Shown here: in pieces, positions 1-11,555 of the stretch
Numbering within the stretch: the stretch's first letter is position 1
Layout: every line of letters begins with the position of its first letter
Notes under the pieces: generated by a model
Told to the model about the DNA's origin: nothing
The model's database searches: none
Seen by the model: only the letters and a program-made list of their open reading frames with translations
Assembly (NCBI GenBank): GCA_049999805.1
Contig: JBNGIO010002643.1
Location: 1 to 39,931 of the forward strand
DNA: 39,931 nt
From: Folioceros fuciformis
Lineage: Eukaryota
Direction of reading: 5' to 3'
Program-made: the position numbers and the translations under genes

Positions 1-419
1 TCGGGGGAGAAGCGGCAACCGGGGGAGGAGGAACTCGGGCAGGAGGAGGAGGCGATGCCGCAGGAGGAGGATACTGAAAAGGCGGGAACGGGTTGGGGAT
101 CTCCTGCAAAGCCACTCCCCGCCTCGGGGCCTCTGCCCGGATGCTTTCCTGGACTGGGAGGTGACGGAGTTCCAGAAGCTTCCTGCTGCGGAATTCGGGC
201 CCGTCCGACAATGCAGCCTTTGTCTCGATCAACCGGGACATTCCTATGCACAAAGGACGTCTCACCGCAAATACATGAACAACGGGAGAGAAGCTTGTTT
301 TGCATGAATCTGCGGACGCGGATGCACGTGTCAAGCTTACCAGAGAAGAAGGCGAGCAATCCGAGTGCTGCAACCGCACCCGTCGTCCAGCACACAGCGA
401 GCACATGCTCACGGCGCAT
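1..419 (-). CDS. 5' part of a secreted proline-rich protein, truncated by the window edge; exons 419-341 and 243-<1
   Basis: Manual splice gives MRREHVLAVCWTTGAVAALGLLAFFS-G-MSRLIETKAALSDGPEFRSRKLLELRHLP...PNPFPPFQYPPPAASPPPPARVPPPPVAASPP. It has a hydrophobic N-terminus, a frame-preserving GT-AG intron (340-244), an RKLL motif and a Pro-rich tract. Confidence 0.6.
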   Translation of the reverse strand, partial: MRREHVLAVCWTTGAVAALGLLAFFSGKLDTCIRVRRFMQNKLLSRCSCICGETSFVHRNVPVDRDKGCIVGRARIPQQEASGTPSPPSPGKHPGRGPEAGSGFAGDPQPVPAFSVSSSCGIASSSCPSSSSPGCRFSP

Positions 420-1506
420 TCTCCTTCCCTCCATACTAATCCACCGCACAAGTTTCTTCCACTCCAGCGAGCAAGCTTCAGCTCGTTCCACCAGACCAAG
501 ACTTTCAAGCAGCACGATCCAACCCCGCGAACGCACCGTACGATGCCATGCAACAACAAAATTAAGAGCAAGATGATGCCTGATGCCACAAATCCAGTTG
601 TGCAACACTTACGAGATTACAGCGCAGGTGCCTGCCGCCAGTGCTCTGGGTGAGCGCAGGCCGGAAGGTGAAGGAGAGGAAAAAAAAAAGCCACAGTTGA
701 GATGTTCAGATTCAGATTTTGCGATATCCTTGGGATGCGGGCTTCCTCCGCAACACAAGAATTGGTCGTGAATCTTAGCAGGCGAGGGCCACAAATAGGC
801 ACAACAGGCGCAGTTAACGTTACATTCAAAGACGGGATGGGGGGAAGGAGCCAGTGGCGGCTGGGCTGCAGGCGAAGTGTAATAAGAAAAGCAGCGATGC
901 GTAATTCGATGTTCTCGGAAACGGGATCCAAAGCTCTCTCGTCTGCCAAGGACATGGTATGGCTGTCGGTCTGGGCCTCGCTGGTGATTGGAATTTGCGA
1001 TCCTGACAGTACAAGCACACTGACGCTCATAATAACTGGGTTCATAGTCGCTGTCGTGCCAATCTGGTCCACACAGGCCGCGAACCCTACAATTACGCCG
1101 CACGCTGATGCTACTCTACGTCAGCTGGCAGGGACAGCATTAATTTCCCGCCTCGATAAGGAGATGCCCATACGTATGGGCTTAAGACTTCCACCCCAGG
1201 AAAGCTGGCTCGTCACCGCCAGCTTGGTCAGTTGTATTTGCTCGAGTTTTAGAGTAAAGGAAAATGGCAGACCACTGATGTTACATGGACCAACAATCTG
1301 ATTACTCTTGCAAAAGCAGCTTTGACATGAACGATTCTCCACGCACAAAAACAGCAGGAGAATCCAAAGCCAGCCCTACAGGAAGCCCCCCGGGAATAAA
1401 TACACATGGTCCTGACCGGAGGGGGAGTGCAGGAAAGAATGAAAGAATGGTTAGTGTGCGATGCCTCCACTGCTAGCTTCTAGCCAGCTCTGATGGGGGC
1501 AGTCAC

Positions 1507-4500
1507 TCATCCACCAAACAAGTAACTGGCAGCTTGCTCCTCGTTTCCCTGGAATAAAGCGAGAGCTTGCTGGACGGATGACCTGTCGAATCCTAGTTCC
1601 ATCAATCTCAAAATCTTCGGCTCTAAGTTGGGTACCTGAGACCAAACGTGGTGCAGAGACAGAGAGGAAGGTTTGGTACTTGACTTTCTGGCACCCATCT
1701 TCGGATTGATTGCAGAGAAGATGGTGAAAAAAAAAAAAACCTTGGAAACCCGGCCTGGTCCTACTAAGGCAGGCTTAGCTGAAAAGACGACTGGGTTGAG
1801 TGCATGCCTACCTGTTGTGGTGCTGTTCTTAGGTTGCCAGATGTGCCTGTGTCAAGATACAAGCCATGCAGTGAGATAACTGCGCCAGTGGGCAATAAAC
1901 GAGGAAGGGAACTCGTGGTGTACAGGTGTGTTACCTGGAGTTCCGGAAACCAGAGAAGGTGCCGATGGGGGATGTACGGAGGTTTCAGCTTGGCCTGCGT
2001 CCTGCAATTATCAGGCTATGTCAGCATGACGGACAATGTTTTGCATAAAAGTGACTGGGAACAGAGGCAGCCATTCAAGAACTCGGCCACATTCACAGCA
2101 AGACCATTCAGGATGCGCCTTGTCCAATTCCACAGCCACACAGACCACTTATTTTACGATTGTACTGTTAGAAGCGTTAAGATGACCAAGCTGCAGCTGG
2201 GTGGCTACCCCATATTGGGAGGGTACCTAATCCACCATTCACTGCTGAGAGAACAGTGTACCTCACCACAAGCCAATAAGAGAGTAGAGCTAACAACTTG
2301 TCAAGAACACCGGTCTTCACGGCGCTGCTTTTTAGCCTGGCACAAGTTAAGAATCCATAAGCAGAGCAATGACGCCGCCTCCAACTTTTCAGCTCATTTT
2401 AGGCTGGATAGTTAATTTGTGGAGCATAAGAGTTTTGTTCTTCAAAGGTCTGATCGATCCATTAGACAGACACGATCTCCATGCAGCGTTTAAATTTCCT
2501 GTTAATATTTCCGTTTAATACCCCTGGACGGTAACATCGCCTTACCCGTCGTAGACTTGCTGGAGACGACGATTCAGGGACTTCCGGTGCACTGGTTAAG
2601 TGCAAAGGTAGATCCTTCTCTGAAGTGCATGCAACAACATCACATGTCAACCTTTACAGTCTTGCGCCAAAGTGATGGTAGACATAGATGCACAGTACAC
2701 TACCCCATTGTCTGCTACCCTTTAATGTCAACCGGAAACCAACCTTGCAGAAAAGGGACAGCAATCGATCCTCCACCAACGCGCAAAACATTGTCCTTCA
2801 AATCAATGGTGCACTGCCGAGAAAGAGTCAATTACAGTTTCCCTTATCCAGCCACAAAGTAGATGCCAGTGAAAGTGGTCAACCACAGTACCTGGTGCTT
2901 CCGCAACATGTCCAAACCAAAAATGAACTCTATATTAGGCTGGTCAAGGACTGTGAACGAGCACGGATAGTATTCTGTTCCAATCTGAACAAGGGATACA
3001 ACCGGCATTTTTAGAGTTGCAGAAAATGGAAGATCAGAGATCAGAGATTCTCAACCTCTGACAAGGAAAATTCTAGAAACTGCCCTTTCACACTCTTCAG
3101 ACGATGCAAAGGTTCACATAAGAATGGTAGAAAGAAGGAACCTTTAGGGGCGCGACATGGATGCGACCAACAATTTCAGATTGTCCAACTCCCTGTGCAA
3201 TTCCTCGGAACCTCTTATCAAGAAGCCTCAATAGCCTGAGACAAGCCACATGCTCAGATCTTAAGGAAATATGGCGAGGGAACGCTGTCCAGGCAGCTAG
3301 AGTAACTTGTACAGACTGACTGGGTGATGAAAAGAGACGGATTGTAACCTCAAAGAACAGAAAAAAAAAACAAAAAAATCCTTACCCACAACGTTGGGCG
3401 CAGGTCCGGGAAATTATCGTGGACTGGGCACCACTGTCAACAAATGCCTGTCGACACAGATTATGTGAGCAGTGCACTGTACAGGAGTTGTTGGACAGTT
3501 GCGGAAAGGATGAAGGAGAAAGGGAAGAGCAATATGAAGAACCCAATACCTTGAGAGGAACTCCATTCACCTCCATGTCCACATACAGCATAATCTGTCG
3601 ACCCAAAAGTAATACTTCAATCCACTTTGCACAAGAAAGAAGATAATAAAAGTTGGAGCAGACGGTAATGAAATCAATACCTACCACACGCCCAAAGGCC
3701 TCAGGATTGTACTCAATTGCAGTCTCCCAATTTTCATCGATGTTTTTCTGCAACAAGCATTCTGCCGTCAGGCCTGAATGTCCAACACACAGGCAGATGA
3801 AAGGATGCAACAGCAATTTCTCCAGACCACGTATTTTCGTCTCACCTGCTGGATAACTTCTTCAATCTTCTTCTGTGCTTCAACATCAAATGGGTCCGCA
3901 TTCAGAAGCTCCTGGAAACGATACACATTTAGAGACGACTTCTGACGCAGAATTGAGCATGAGCACTCAAAAGCTTGCGCACACTTACCTCCTCCTGCTG
4001 TTTTCGGCGATTTAGTTCAACGTTCTGGCGATAGGTTTCCTTCAGAATATTTTGCACTTGTTCAAGGTCGCCTGCAAAGACAGCATTTGCAAACCGAGGA
4101 TTGTTCTGCATCAACCCACAAATAAATCGATGAGGAGACTCACCCCAGGACCAACACATCACCCGCGCTAGTCACAAACCAAAAAACCCAAACAGCTACC
4201 CGACGCAGCTCCTCCATCGCGTTGCGATCACTTCGCAAATGGTTCACGAAAGCAAGCGGATCGGTCGATGACCCATCACTGTTGAACGTCATCCTAGGCC
4301 GCTGAGCTCCTTGGGTTCCTGCTCCGCGTGCAAAACCACCTCGTCAGTATCACTGGAAGGACTACGTACGGCTGGAACCGTGAATAATTGACCTTCAAGG
4401 ATGAGGGCTAAGCGTACCTCCGGAGGCTCCAGGAGCAGACTCCACAGGCACCACCATCAGCAATTCCCCCTCCACAACACCGGCCGCATTAAGACGCCCA

Positions 4501-4898
4501 GAGTTGGGAATCTCCTTCCCATTAAACAGCAACTGCTGTTTATGAAGTGGAATTTGCGTCTGGGACAACACATGCAACCCAACATGAGCAAAACACGCAA
4601 CCCGTAAGGCTAACAATCCGTCAAACCCGATCCAAGTCCTGAAGGCATGAGACACCAACCTCCACTTCCAATATGGCCTTCACGTTCTCCACCTGCCCTT
4701 GCCGTCAGACACACCAGCACAACCAGGACATGAGAACTGCGCAAAACTCCACACAATTCGCCCACAGAGAAGCAGCAATGGAATCAGAGCAAAACACAGG
4801 ACTTGAGTGTGAAGCCAAAGCAAGAGACCTACCAGCTCGTCCGGCTCCACATCCACCAGAACGAAGCGCTCGTCCGCGGTCATCACAGTGAGCTTCAT
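1507..4898 (-). CDS. DDI1: DNA-damage-inducible protein 1 (UBL, retroviral-like aspartic protease and UBA domains), multi-exon
   Basis: N-terminal UBL (MKLTVMTADE..., QQLLFNGKEI). RVP motifs NPEAFGRV, MLYVDMEVNGVPLK, AFVDSGAQSTIIS, GIAQGVGQSEIVGRIH and FIFGLDMLRKHQ lie in successive GT-AG exons. The C-terminal UBA reads LMELGFDRSSVQQALALFQGNEEQAASYLFGG*. Confidence 0.95.
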
Positions 4899-5555
4899 GG
4901 CTGCCTCCTGTGGCTGTTGCAAATCCGAACAGAACAGCAAACGGAAGAATCCCCGACACCAGAACACATACTCGTGGGACAACGCTCACATCGGATGCAC
5001 ATATATAGACAATAACTGCAGTCAGGTCTAAAACAACACACACATACTCTCGGTTAAAAAGGCATGTCCACCGGCTGCTACAGGTTGCCCTGATGCGCTG
5101 ACAGGGACCTGGTGCTGGTGGGCTCCGGCATATAGGGACACACCCACGAGAGGGCTCAAAGAAGAAGCCCTAGACACCGGAGTCCTTGTTCAATTTGGTT
5201 TTCCTGTTTTTGGCAGAAATCGTGGTTCCATCACCGCACATTGGATCTGCGCACCTACCCGGCCTGCAGGTTCTGGAAACTCTTGCTGCTTTCTGTTGCT
5301 GCAGGCAGGTGTGGAAGGAATGACCAAGAGCTGTGAGTTTGCCTGTAAGGTGTGAGGAAAATCTCTGTGGTGCGCTTAGATGGGGTGTTGGTGGCATTCT
5401 TCAGGCTGCCCTAGCTGTCTCAGCCCACTTTGCGGGGGCCAGCAGCTGGGGCTCCACTCAGGGAGTGGCTTCTGCTAGCTGGTTCAGGAAGGCAGTGATA
5501 GATAGGGTGGGGGAGTGTGTTAAAAACATTTTGTGTTCGGCACCAGTGAGTCACC

Positions 5556-6758
5556 ATGGGGATAGTGGAGAAAATCAAGGAGATCGAGGCCGAAATGGCC
5601 CGAACTCAGAAGAACAAGGCCACGGAGTACCACTTGGGCCAGCTCAAAGCTAAGATCGCCAAGCTGAGGACCCAGCTGCTGGAGCCGCCGAAAGGGTCGA
5701 CTGGAGCGGGGGATGGTTTCGAGGTGACTAAATTCGGGCATGGTCGGGTTGCGCTGATAGGGTTTCCTAGTGTAGGGAAGTCCACATTGCTGACCCTTCT
5801 TACGGGGACGCAGTCCGAAACAGCAGCGTATGAGTTCACAACCCTGACATGCATTCCTGGGATTATACATTACAACGATGCAAAGATACAACTTCTTGAT
5901 CTGCCGGGTATTATTGAAGGAGCTTCGGAGGGGAAAGGTCGTGGACGGCAGGTTATTGCAGTGGCCAAGTCCTCTGATTTGGTTCTCATGGTTTTGGATG
6001 CTTCCAAGAGTGAGGGTCATAGGCAGATTTTGACCAGGGAGTTGGAAGCTGTGGGCTTGCGGCTGAATAAAAGTCCTCCTCAGATTTACTTCAAGAGGAA
6101 GAAGACGGGGGGCATTTCCTTCAACACCACAGTGGCCCTCAACCATGTGGATGAGAAGCTGTGCTACCAGATTCTCCACGAGTACAAGATCCACAATGCT
6201 GAAGTTCTGTTCAGGGAGGATGCTACAGTCGATGACCTGATTGATGTTATCGAAGGAAACCGGAAGTACATCAAATGTGTGTACGTCTACAACAAGATCG
6301 ATGTTGTGGGGATTGACGATGTTGACAGATTAGCCCGCCAGCCCAACTCCATTGTTATCAGCTGCAATCTCCAGCTGAACCTAGACAGACTACTGGCCAA
6401 GATGTGGGACGAGATGGGCCTGGTGCGTGTTTACACGAAGCCGCAAGGTCAGCAACCTGACTTCTCTGAGCCGGTCGTTCTTTCTACTGACAGAGGAGGC
6501 TGTGCGGTGGAAGACTTCTGCGATCATATTCATAGGAGTTTACTGAGAGATGTGAAGTACGTACTGGTCTGGGGGACCAGCTCCAAGCATTACCCTCAAC
6601 GGTGTGGGACTCAGCATGTTTTGCACGACGAAGATGTGGTCCAGATAGTGAAGAAGAAGGAGAAGGAGGAGGACGGTGGAAGGGGAAGATTCAAGTCCCA
6701 CACTACAGGCCCTGCCAGGATTTCTGACAGGGAGAAGAAGGCTCCTCTTAAGACTTAG
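5556..6758 (+). CDS. DRG2: Developmentally regulated GTP-binding protein (OBG family, DRG2-like); coding region uninterrupted
   Basis: 400-aa ORF with the DRG N-terminus EIEAEMARTQKNKATEYHLG, G1 GFPSVGKST, YEFTT, DLPG, NKID and a C-terminal TGS domain (HVLHDEDVVQIVKK). Confidence 0.95.
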   Translation: MGIVEKIKEIEAEMARTQKNKATEYHLGQLKAKIAKLRTQLLEPPKGSTGAGDGFEVTKFGHGRVALIGFPSVGKSTLLTLLTGTQSETAAYEFTTLTCIPGIIHYNDAKIQLLDLPGIIEGASEGKGRGRQVIAVAKSSDLVLMVLDASKSEGHRQILTRELEAVGLRLNKSPPQIYFKRKKTGGISFNTTVALNHVDEKLCYQILHEYKIHNAEVLFREDATVDDLIDVIEGNRKYIKCVYVYNKIDVVGIDDVDRLARQPNSIVISCNLQLNLDRLLAKMWDEMGLVRVYTKPQGQQPDFSEPVVLSTDRGGCAVEDFCDHIHRSLLRDVKYVLVWGTSSKHYPQRCGTQHVLHDEDVVQIVKKKEKEEDGGRGRFKSHTTGPARISDREKKAPLKT

Positions 6759-7398
6759 CTGTGCTCTTTCAATCGGTATGGTAAAGTCTACCTCTGCTCT
6801 TGCGCTGCCTGCCAATTACCTGTGCCGGTCGAACGTGCCTGTCCACGCAAATCCTCGAACCCACCGATGTTCGTAGAAAGTCCTGTCACCCTCTCATCAA
6901 TCTCTTCTTTGAGTGAAGCAAAGTGAAGGAGGTGACGGAGAAGTGAACATCCATCCAAGTGGCCAGTTTTCCGCCCCTGCCGAAACGAAACGAAACGAAA
7001 CGGGACTGCATCGCGATGTCACACGGCAAGCCGGTCCGGTTAAACTCGTTTATTCTATCCGAAGGAAAGGAGCTTAATTTGCCGATCGCGTGCCCTAGAT
7101 CGATGTAAGTTGTCGCTCTTGCGTCCCCTCCAAATGGGAGCTCATCATGATTTGTTGTAATTCTATGTGAACAGTCGTGATTGATTTGGTAGGACTTCAA
7201 TGACGGCAATAGTGCCAACGTAAGAGTGAAAAAAGGCCTAGAAGGTTCCAGCCGCAGGAAGTGCGCTCGAATCTACCCTAACCAGCAGGCAAGTCATTAG
7301 AAGAGTAAACGCCGGCTTGCACAGGCAAGCGTCGGAACGTTGAACGCTTCCCGACGACCGCGAAGTCACTATTCTTGTTAGTTTTCTTGTTTAAGGCG

Positions 7399-8682
7399 AT
7401 GGCTGTGAATCCCGAGCTGGAGTCGTCTGGCCTGCCGGTTCCCTTCTACAGTGAGTTCTTTCTGCTGTCGCGGAGCAAAGTGGAATTCCAAGTCGACAAA
7501 TTGTCCGAGTAAGCTTCATGCTGTGCAGCCTTGCTGTTGTTTTGGTGTGAAGACTGGTCGGGATCTGTCTTTAGTCAAGAGGCTTATGCTCGTGGAGGCA
7601 ACAATGCCTGGGTCACGAATTCATCTTTGCGCATCCTGGGAGTTAAGAGGGCCAGAAGGATTGCTGGATGGTTAGGGTAGATTCCGGCGTGGCTGGACAG
7701 CTAAGGGGAAGCAAGCAAGTAGGTGGTCGAGGGTGGGAAGCAGCAGCAGAAAGGTTTTTCTGTGCCGCGGTGGTCACCGTGGGCGTCCCTAATTTCTTTT
7801 TCTGATATGACACTCGGAAACTGCAGAGCGCCGGGTGGGAAGCTATCCGAACAGGGGACAATTTATCTTTCAACCGTTCGCTTGGTTTTCGTGACGGACG
7901 TGTATCATGGCGGTGCGGTGCGTGCGTTTGATTTGCCTCTGGTGAGTGAGCTCACAAACCTTGGGTTTGTTTGTACATCTTGGAGTTCTACTGGATTGGA
8001 CTCTCACGTGGTCTGGATCTTGTTCCTTGTGTAGTTGCACATACATGAGGAAAAATTCAATCAGCCTATTTTTTTCTGCAACAACATTACAGGCAAAGTA
8101 AATCCTGTAAGTTTCTTCATAAGGGATCATGAGAGCATAGTGTTTCACGTATGGCTTAGAACAGTTTGTTCATGCTGCTCCCCAAGGTCGGGTGTGTCGT
8201 GAGTTCGGCGAGGTGGCGTTTTCCCAAGCTGGTTGTAGGAACTGATGTTGAAAGCATGCCTTTCTGCCCTAGGTCATTCCTGAAGGACAAAATCCAGCAC
8301 TCTACTCTCCCCACTCTTTCAAGATTAACTTCAAGGAGGGTGGTGCGGGTACATTCATTCCTGTCTTTTTTAACTTGCTCAAGTCTCTTCGCCAAGCAGC
8401 CAATCCTTCAGCTCCCCCATCAGATCCTATTCCAGCGCAACAACCTGCATATGATGAAATGATAAGACATGCGTAAGAACTTTGCTCTTCCTAGTTGCCT
8501 TTGAGTTGGGTCCACAGGTTATGTTAAGTTGCAATCTCGGAGGACTCTGTTTTCTGACCAAAACTGTTGTGCTGCGCAGCTGGATAGACCCCAATGATCC
8601 CACGAGGCTGTACTTGCAACAGCCTCAGGAAATAACCAAGAGGCGACGCAACTACACTTCGAATGCTGAGGATGGATACTAA
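7399..8682 (+). CDS. WBP2/UPF0664-like PH-GRAM-fold protein; exons 7399-7508, 7827-7941, 8035-8106, 8273-8472, 8580-8682
   Basis: The splice model keeps frame: MAVNPELESSGLPVPFYSEFFLLSR...GTIYLSTVRLVFV...AFDLPL...EKFNQPIFFCNNITGKVNP...FKINFKEGGAGTFIPVFF...AWIDPNDPTRLYLQQP. These motifs match the plant WBP2-like family as I recall it. Confidence 0.85.
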
Positions 8683-9203
8683 GGCTCCAATCGTTCGTAC
8701 TTACGTGCCTTGTGACCTAATTCCCTGGGGGTCTAGCTTGCTGTATATATATAAGCGGGAGGGATCAAGAAGCGGGATGTGTCGGTGGGAGGTGATTTGC
8801 GCGAGTAGTCCGTCACTGGCTGTATATGAATCGTTTTTCTGATTGGGAGCTGGGAATGCTATATTGCCATTGTTGTAAATACCCGGAGTAGTGATGAACA
8901 GGTGGTCACAGCAAGAAAATAGCAAAAGCATTGTGCTAAATTCCTGACCGAGATCGTGAACATTGTACTAGTGTAATGGTTACTCTGGCACGGAGATTAC
9001 AGCAAGCCAGTCTTCTAAAGAGGTTGGGCTAAGCCAAGCTACAGTAGAAGTGGCCAGTCACCCAGCATTACCGAGCGGCAACCGATGCACTTTGCAGTAG
9101 GCCGCCAGTTTTCCAGGGACGACCAGACATCGGAGGTTCGTTCCTGGCTTGCCGAAAGCTCGTACCTACAGAACTGAGTTGTGTCGAGAGCCATATTCTT
9201 CGG

Positions 9204-9692
9204 CTACCTCACCGAGATTGGAAACAGATTCACCCTCTCCTTATTCAATCCGTCGCGAGAGCGTGACTCGCTGATAGCTTGGAGTCGATTCATCAGCTCC
9301 CTGTCGGTCTTGTCCAGTGTTTTCATGTTGAACGGCTGGGTGCTGCAGGCATACGGAGTACTGCACTGCATCATCGCGGTGGTGACATGCCCGTCGGAGG
9401 CCAACCTGAGCATCAAATTAACATAGGCGTCCCTCATCCTCTTCAACACGGAGATGAGAGGGAGAGCCACATTCTTTCTGCGGATGCGTACTCCTCCTCT
9501 GCTTCTGGCGGCTGCTACACCGGCAAGACCGCTAGCCGTCGGCGCAGGCTGCCCGCCCGCTCCCGCAGCAAATCGTGCAACCTTCACGCGCGGCTTTCTC
9601 CTGCGGAAAGAAACCCGTGACCTGCGAGGCGCATCATCCTGGTCTACATACAGCAGCCGCTGGTACTGCGGCGTCCTCCGGAGGATACTCAT
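9204..9692 (-). CDS. Plant-specific uncharacterised basic protein, single exon; an upstream start at 9761 is possible
   Basis: MSILRRTPQYQRL...RVKVARF...VLKRMRDAYVNLMLRLAS. The YQRL / KVxR / LxRxRDAYVxxML pattern resembles a small conserved plant protein family. Confidence 0.65.
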   Translation of the reverse strand: MSILRRTPQYQRLLYVDQDDAPRRSRVSFRRRKPRVKVARFAAGAGGQPAPTASGLAGVAAARSRGGVRIRRKNVALPLISVLKRMRDAYVNLMLRLASDGHVTTAMMQCSTPYACSTQPFNMKTLDKTDRELMNRLQAISESRSRDGLNKERVNLFPISVR

Positions 9693-10363
9693 GATCTTGT
9701 AGTAGAGATTAACCAGCAAACCGGCATAGGGAGACCTCCGATGGTGTCCGACCTCTCCCATCCTGACCGCGTGTTTGGAAGTATGGTTGACAACAAGTGC
9801 GCTTGCAATTGCCGCTCCGACAGACGAGAAACCGTGCACACACTAACTATGGCACGCCTTCTCACCGTCTCCGACCTTCTGAGAGCTTCTGCTGCACGTC
9901 CTTCAGCGTAGCACCTGCAGCGAGTACGGGGATGGCTCGAATTAAGAGAACGCTCCTCACCAACGCATTTTCGGGCTCCGCACAGGCGGGGATGCTCCCG
10001 GTCACGCAAGTGCCGACTGATAATCTAGATCAGGCAAAAGGAGACGAGAAGGCGCTTCTTTACCGAGTTCAGGCCGCAGTGACGCAGTAGTGATAAACAA
10101 GGCCCAGGTTTTCGTACGACGCATGGCACCGGCGCACACCACGATTCACCAGCTCCAGCCAATTGCATAAGGCAGAGAAAGTGGAGTTGGGATGTGCAAG
10201 GAGTGTGTGAGGGAGGGGTTTTCATAAATGAGGACTCTGAGGTGGCTGCCAGCAGCGGCTGCCGGTACCGCGGCAGCTACCAAGCAAGAGCTTGCTGTCT
10301 GCCATTCAACAACCTCGCGCAGACTGCAGACCTCCACGTGTACCAGTGCCCGTTCTGTTCGAA

Positions 10364-10425
10364 CTCTCGTCAGCTCTGTCTGCGAGTGTGCTCTCGCCAG
10401 CTCTGTCTGCGAGTGTGCTCTCGCC
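10364..10425. repeat. Tandem repeat, 27-bp unit, ~2.3 copies
   Basis: The unit ctctcgycagctctgtctgcgagtgtg starts at 10364, 10391 and 10418. Confidence 0.9.
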
Positions 10426-10699
10426 AACAGGCCCGCGCGACCTACAAGTTCCGGCCCCAACGGCGGGAAGTTGCACGTATTGCCGATCTGGCGGCCATAA
10501 CGGGCGCGAGGCCCATCACGGGTCCACCCGCGAAGGACCACCTGTATGTAACAGACGGTTGTTGAGCTTCCTACTGGCGCCAATAATGTAGCCACTCTCA
10601 CCCACTTCTGCTCCGGTAGCAAAAATTCGTAGCATGTGGAATCGGGCTTGAAAGGGCTAATACCAAACTAACTTTTTAGGTGTTTGAATTTGGATTTAG

Positions 10700-11555
10700 A
10701 ATTTGGATACCAATAACTGGTACTATAACTTAGAGCGAAGTTCTGAGAAGAGCACAACTTTGCGACATAATTTAGAGACAAAATGTAATTGGGATGGGGA
10801 ACTTCTATCTAAACTTGTCACAACATAACCATCAAGAAAAAATCAAGATTAGTTATGAATTAACTAAGTGGGGAGGGTTTATATTGATTCAACAACACCC
10901 GATGACATTCGATCAAGCGATTGCGATAAAATGTCTTGGCAATCATTTAGGTTTTGATATCAGAATGGAATAGCCTTGATAATCTACTTTAGAATGCCCT
11001 GTCATTGCGAACTAGGTGTCCTTAGACATGTTTAATTAGCGCCAAAAACAGGAGTTGATTGTTTCCTGCAAAGACATTCCAACGTCTTCACAACAACACG
11101 AAAAGGGGGCTTGTTTAGAAAGAAGCTTGAGCAAGGTGTTGTTGTGAAGACGTTGGAATGTCTTTGCAGAAAACAATGAACTCCTGTTTTCGGTGCTGAT
11201 TAGACATGTCTAAGGATACCAAGTTTGCAATGACAAGGCATTATAAAATAGATTATCAAGGCAATTCCATTCTGATATCAAAACCTAAATGATTGCCAAG
11301 ACATTTTATCGCAATCGCTTGATCGAACGTCAACGGGTGCTGTTGAATCAATACAAACCCTCCCGACTTAGTTAATTTATAACTAATCTTGACTTTTTCT
11401 TGATGGATGTGTTGTGACAAGGTACGATAGATATTCGCAAGTTTAGATAGAAGGTCCCCATCCCAACTACATTTTGTCTCTAGATTATGTCGCAAAGTTG
11501 TACTCCTTCTCAAAACTTCGCTCCAGTTATAGTACCAGTTACTGATATCCAAATT
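10700..11555. repeat. Long inverted repeat IR1: arms 10700-11099 and 11136-11555, 36-nt spacer
   Basis: The arms are reverse complements over their whole length (e.g. gcaaagacattccaacgtcttcacaacaacac / gtgttgttgtgaagacgttggaatgtctttgc). Differences are mostly transitions plus one 20-bp indel. Confidence 0.97.

Noticed and set aside
55-576. 173-aa + strand ORF
   Set aside because: Antisense shadow of the spliced Pro-rich gene on the - strand.
609-1348. Overlapping ORFs of 150-200 aa on both strands between the Pro-rich gene and DDI1
   Set aside because: No recognisable motifs or convincing splice structure, and the opposite-strand ORFs mirror each other. Left unannotated.
5520-6194. 224-aa - strand ORF
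   Set aside because: Antisense shadow of DRG.
6981-7001. (CGAAA)4 microsatellite, and (CCAGT)n near 20717-20741
   Set aside because: Ordinary short simple repeats.
10364-10425. CRISPR-like reading of the short direct repeats (also 11633, 26814, 27210)
   Set aside because: Units are contiguous with no spacers, the context is eukaryotic, and no cas genes are present.
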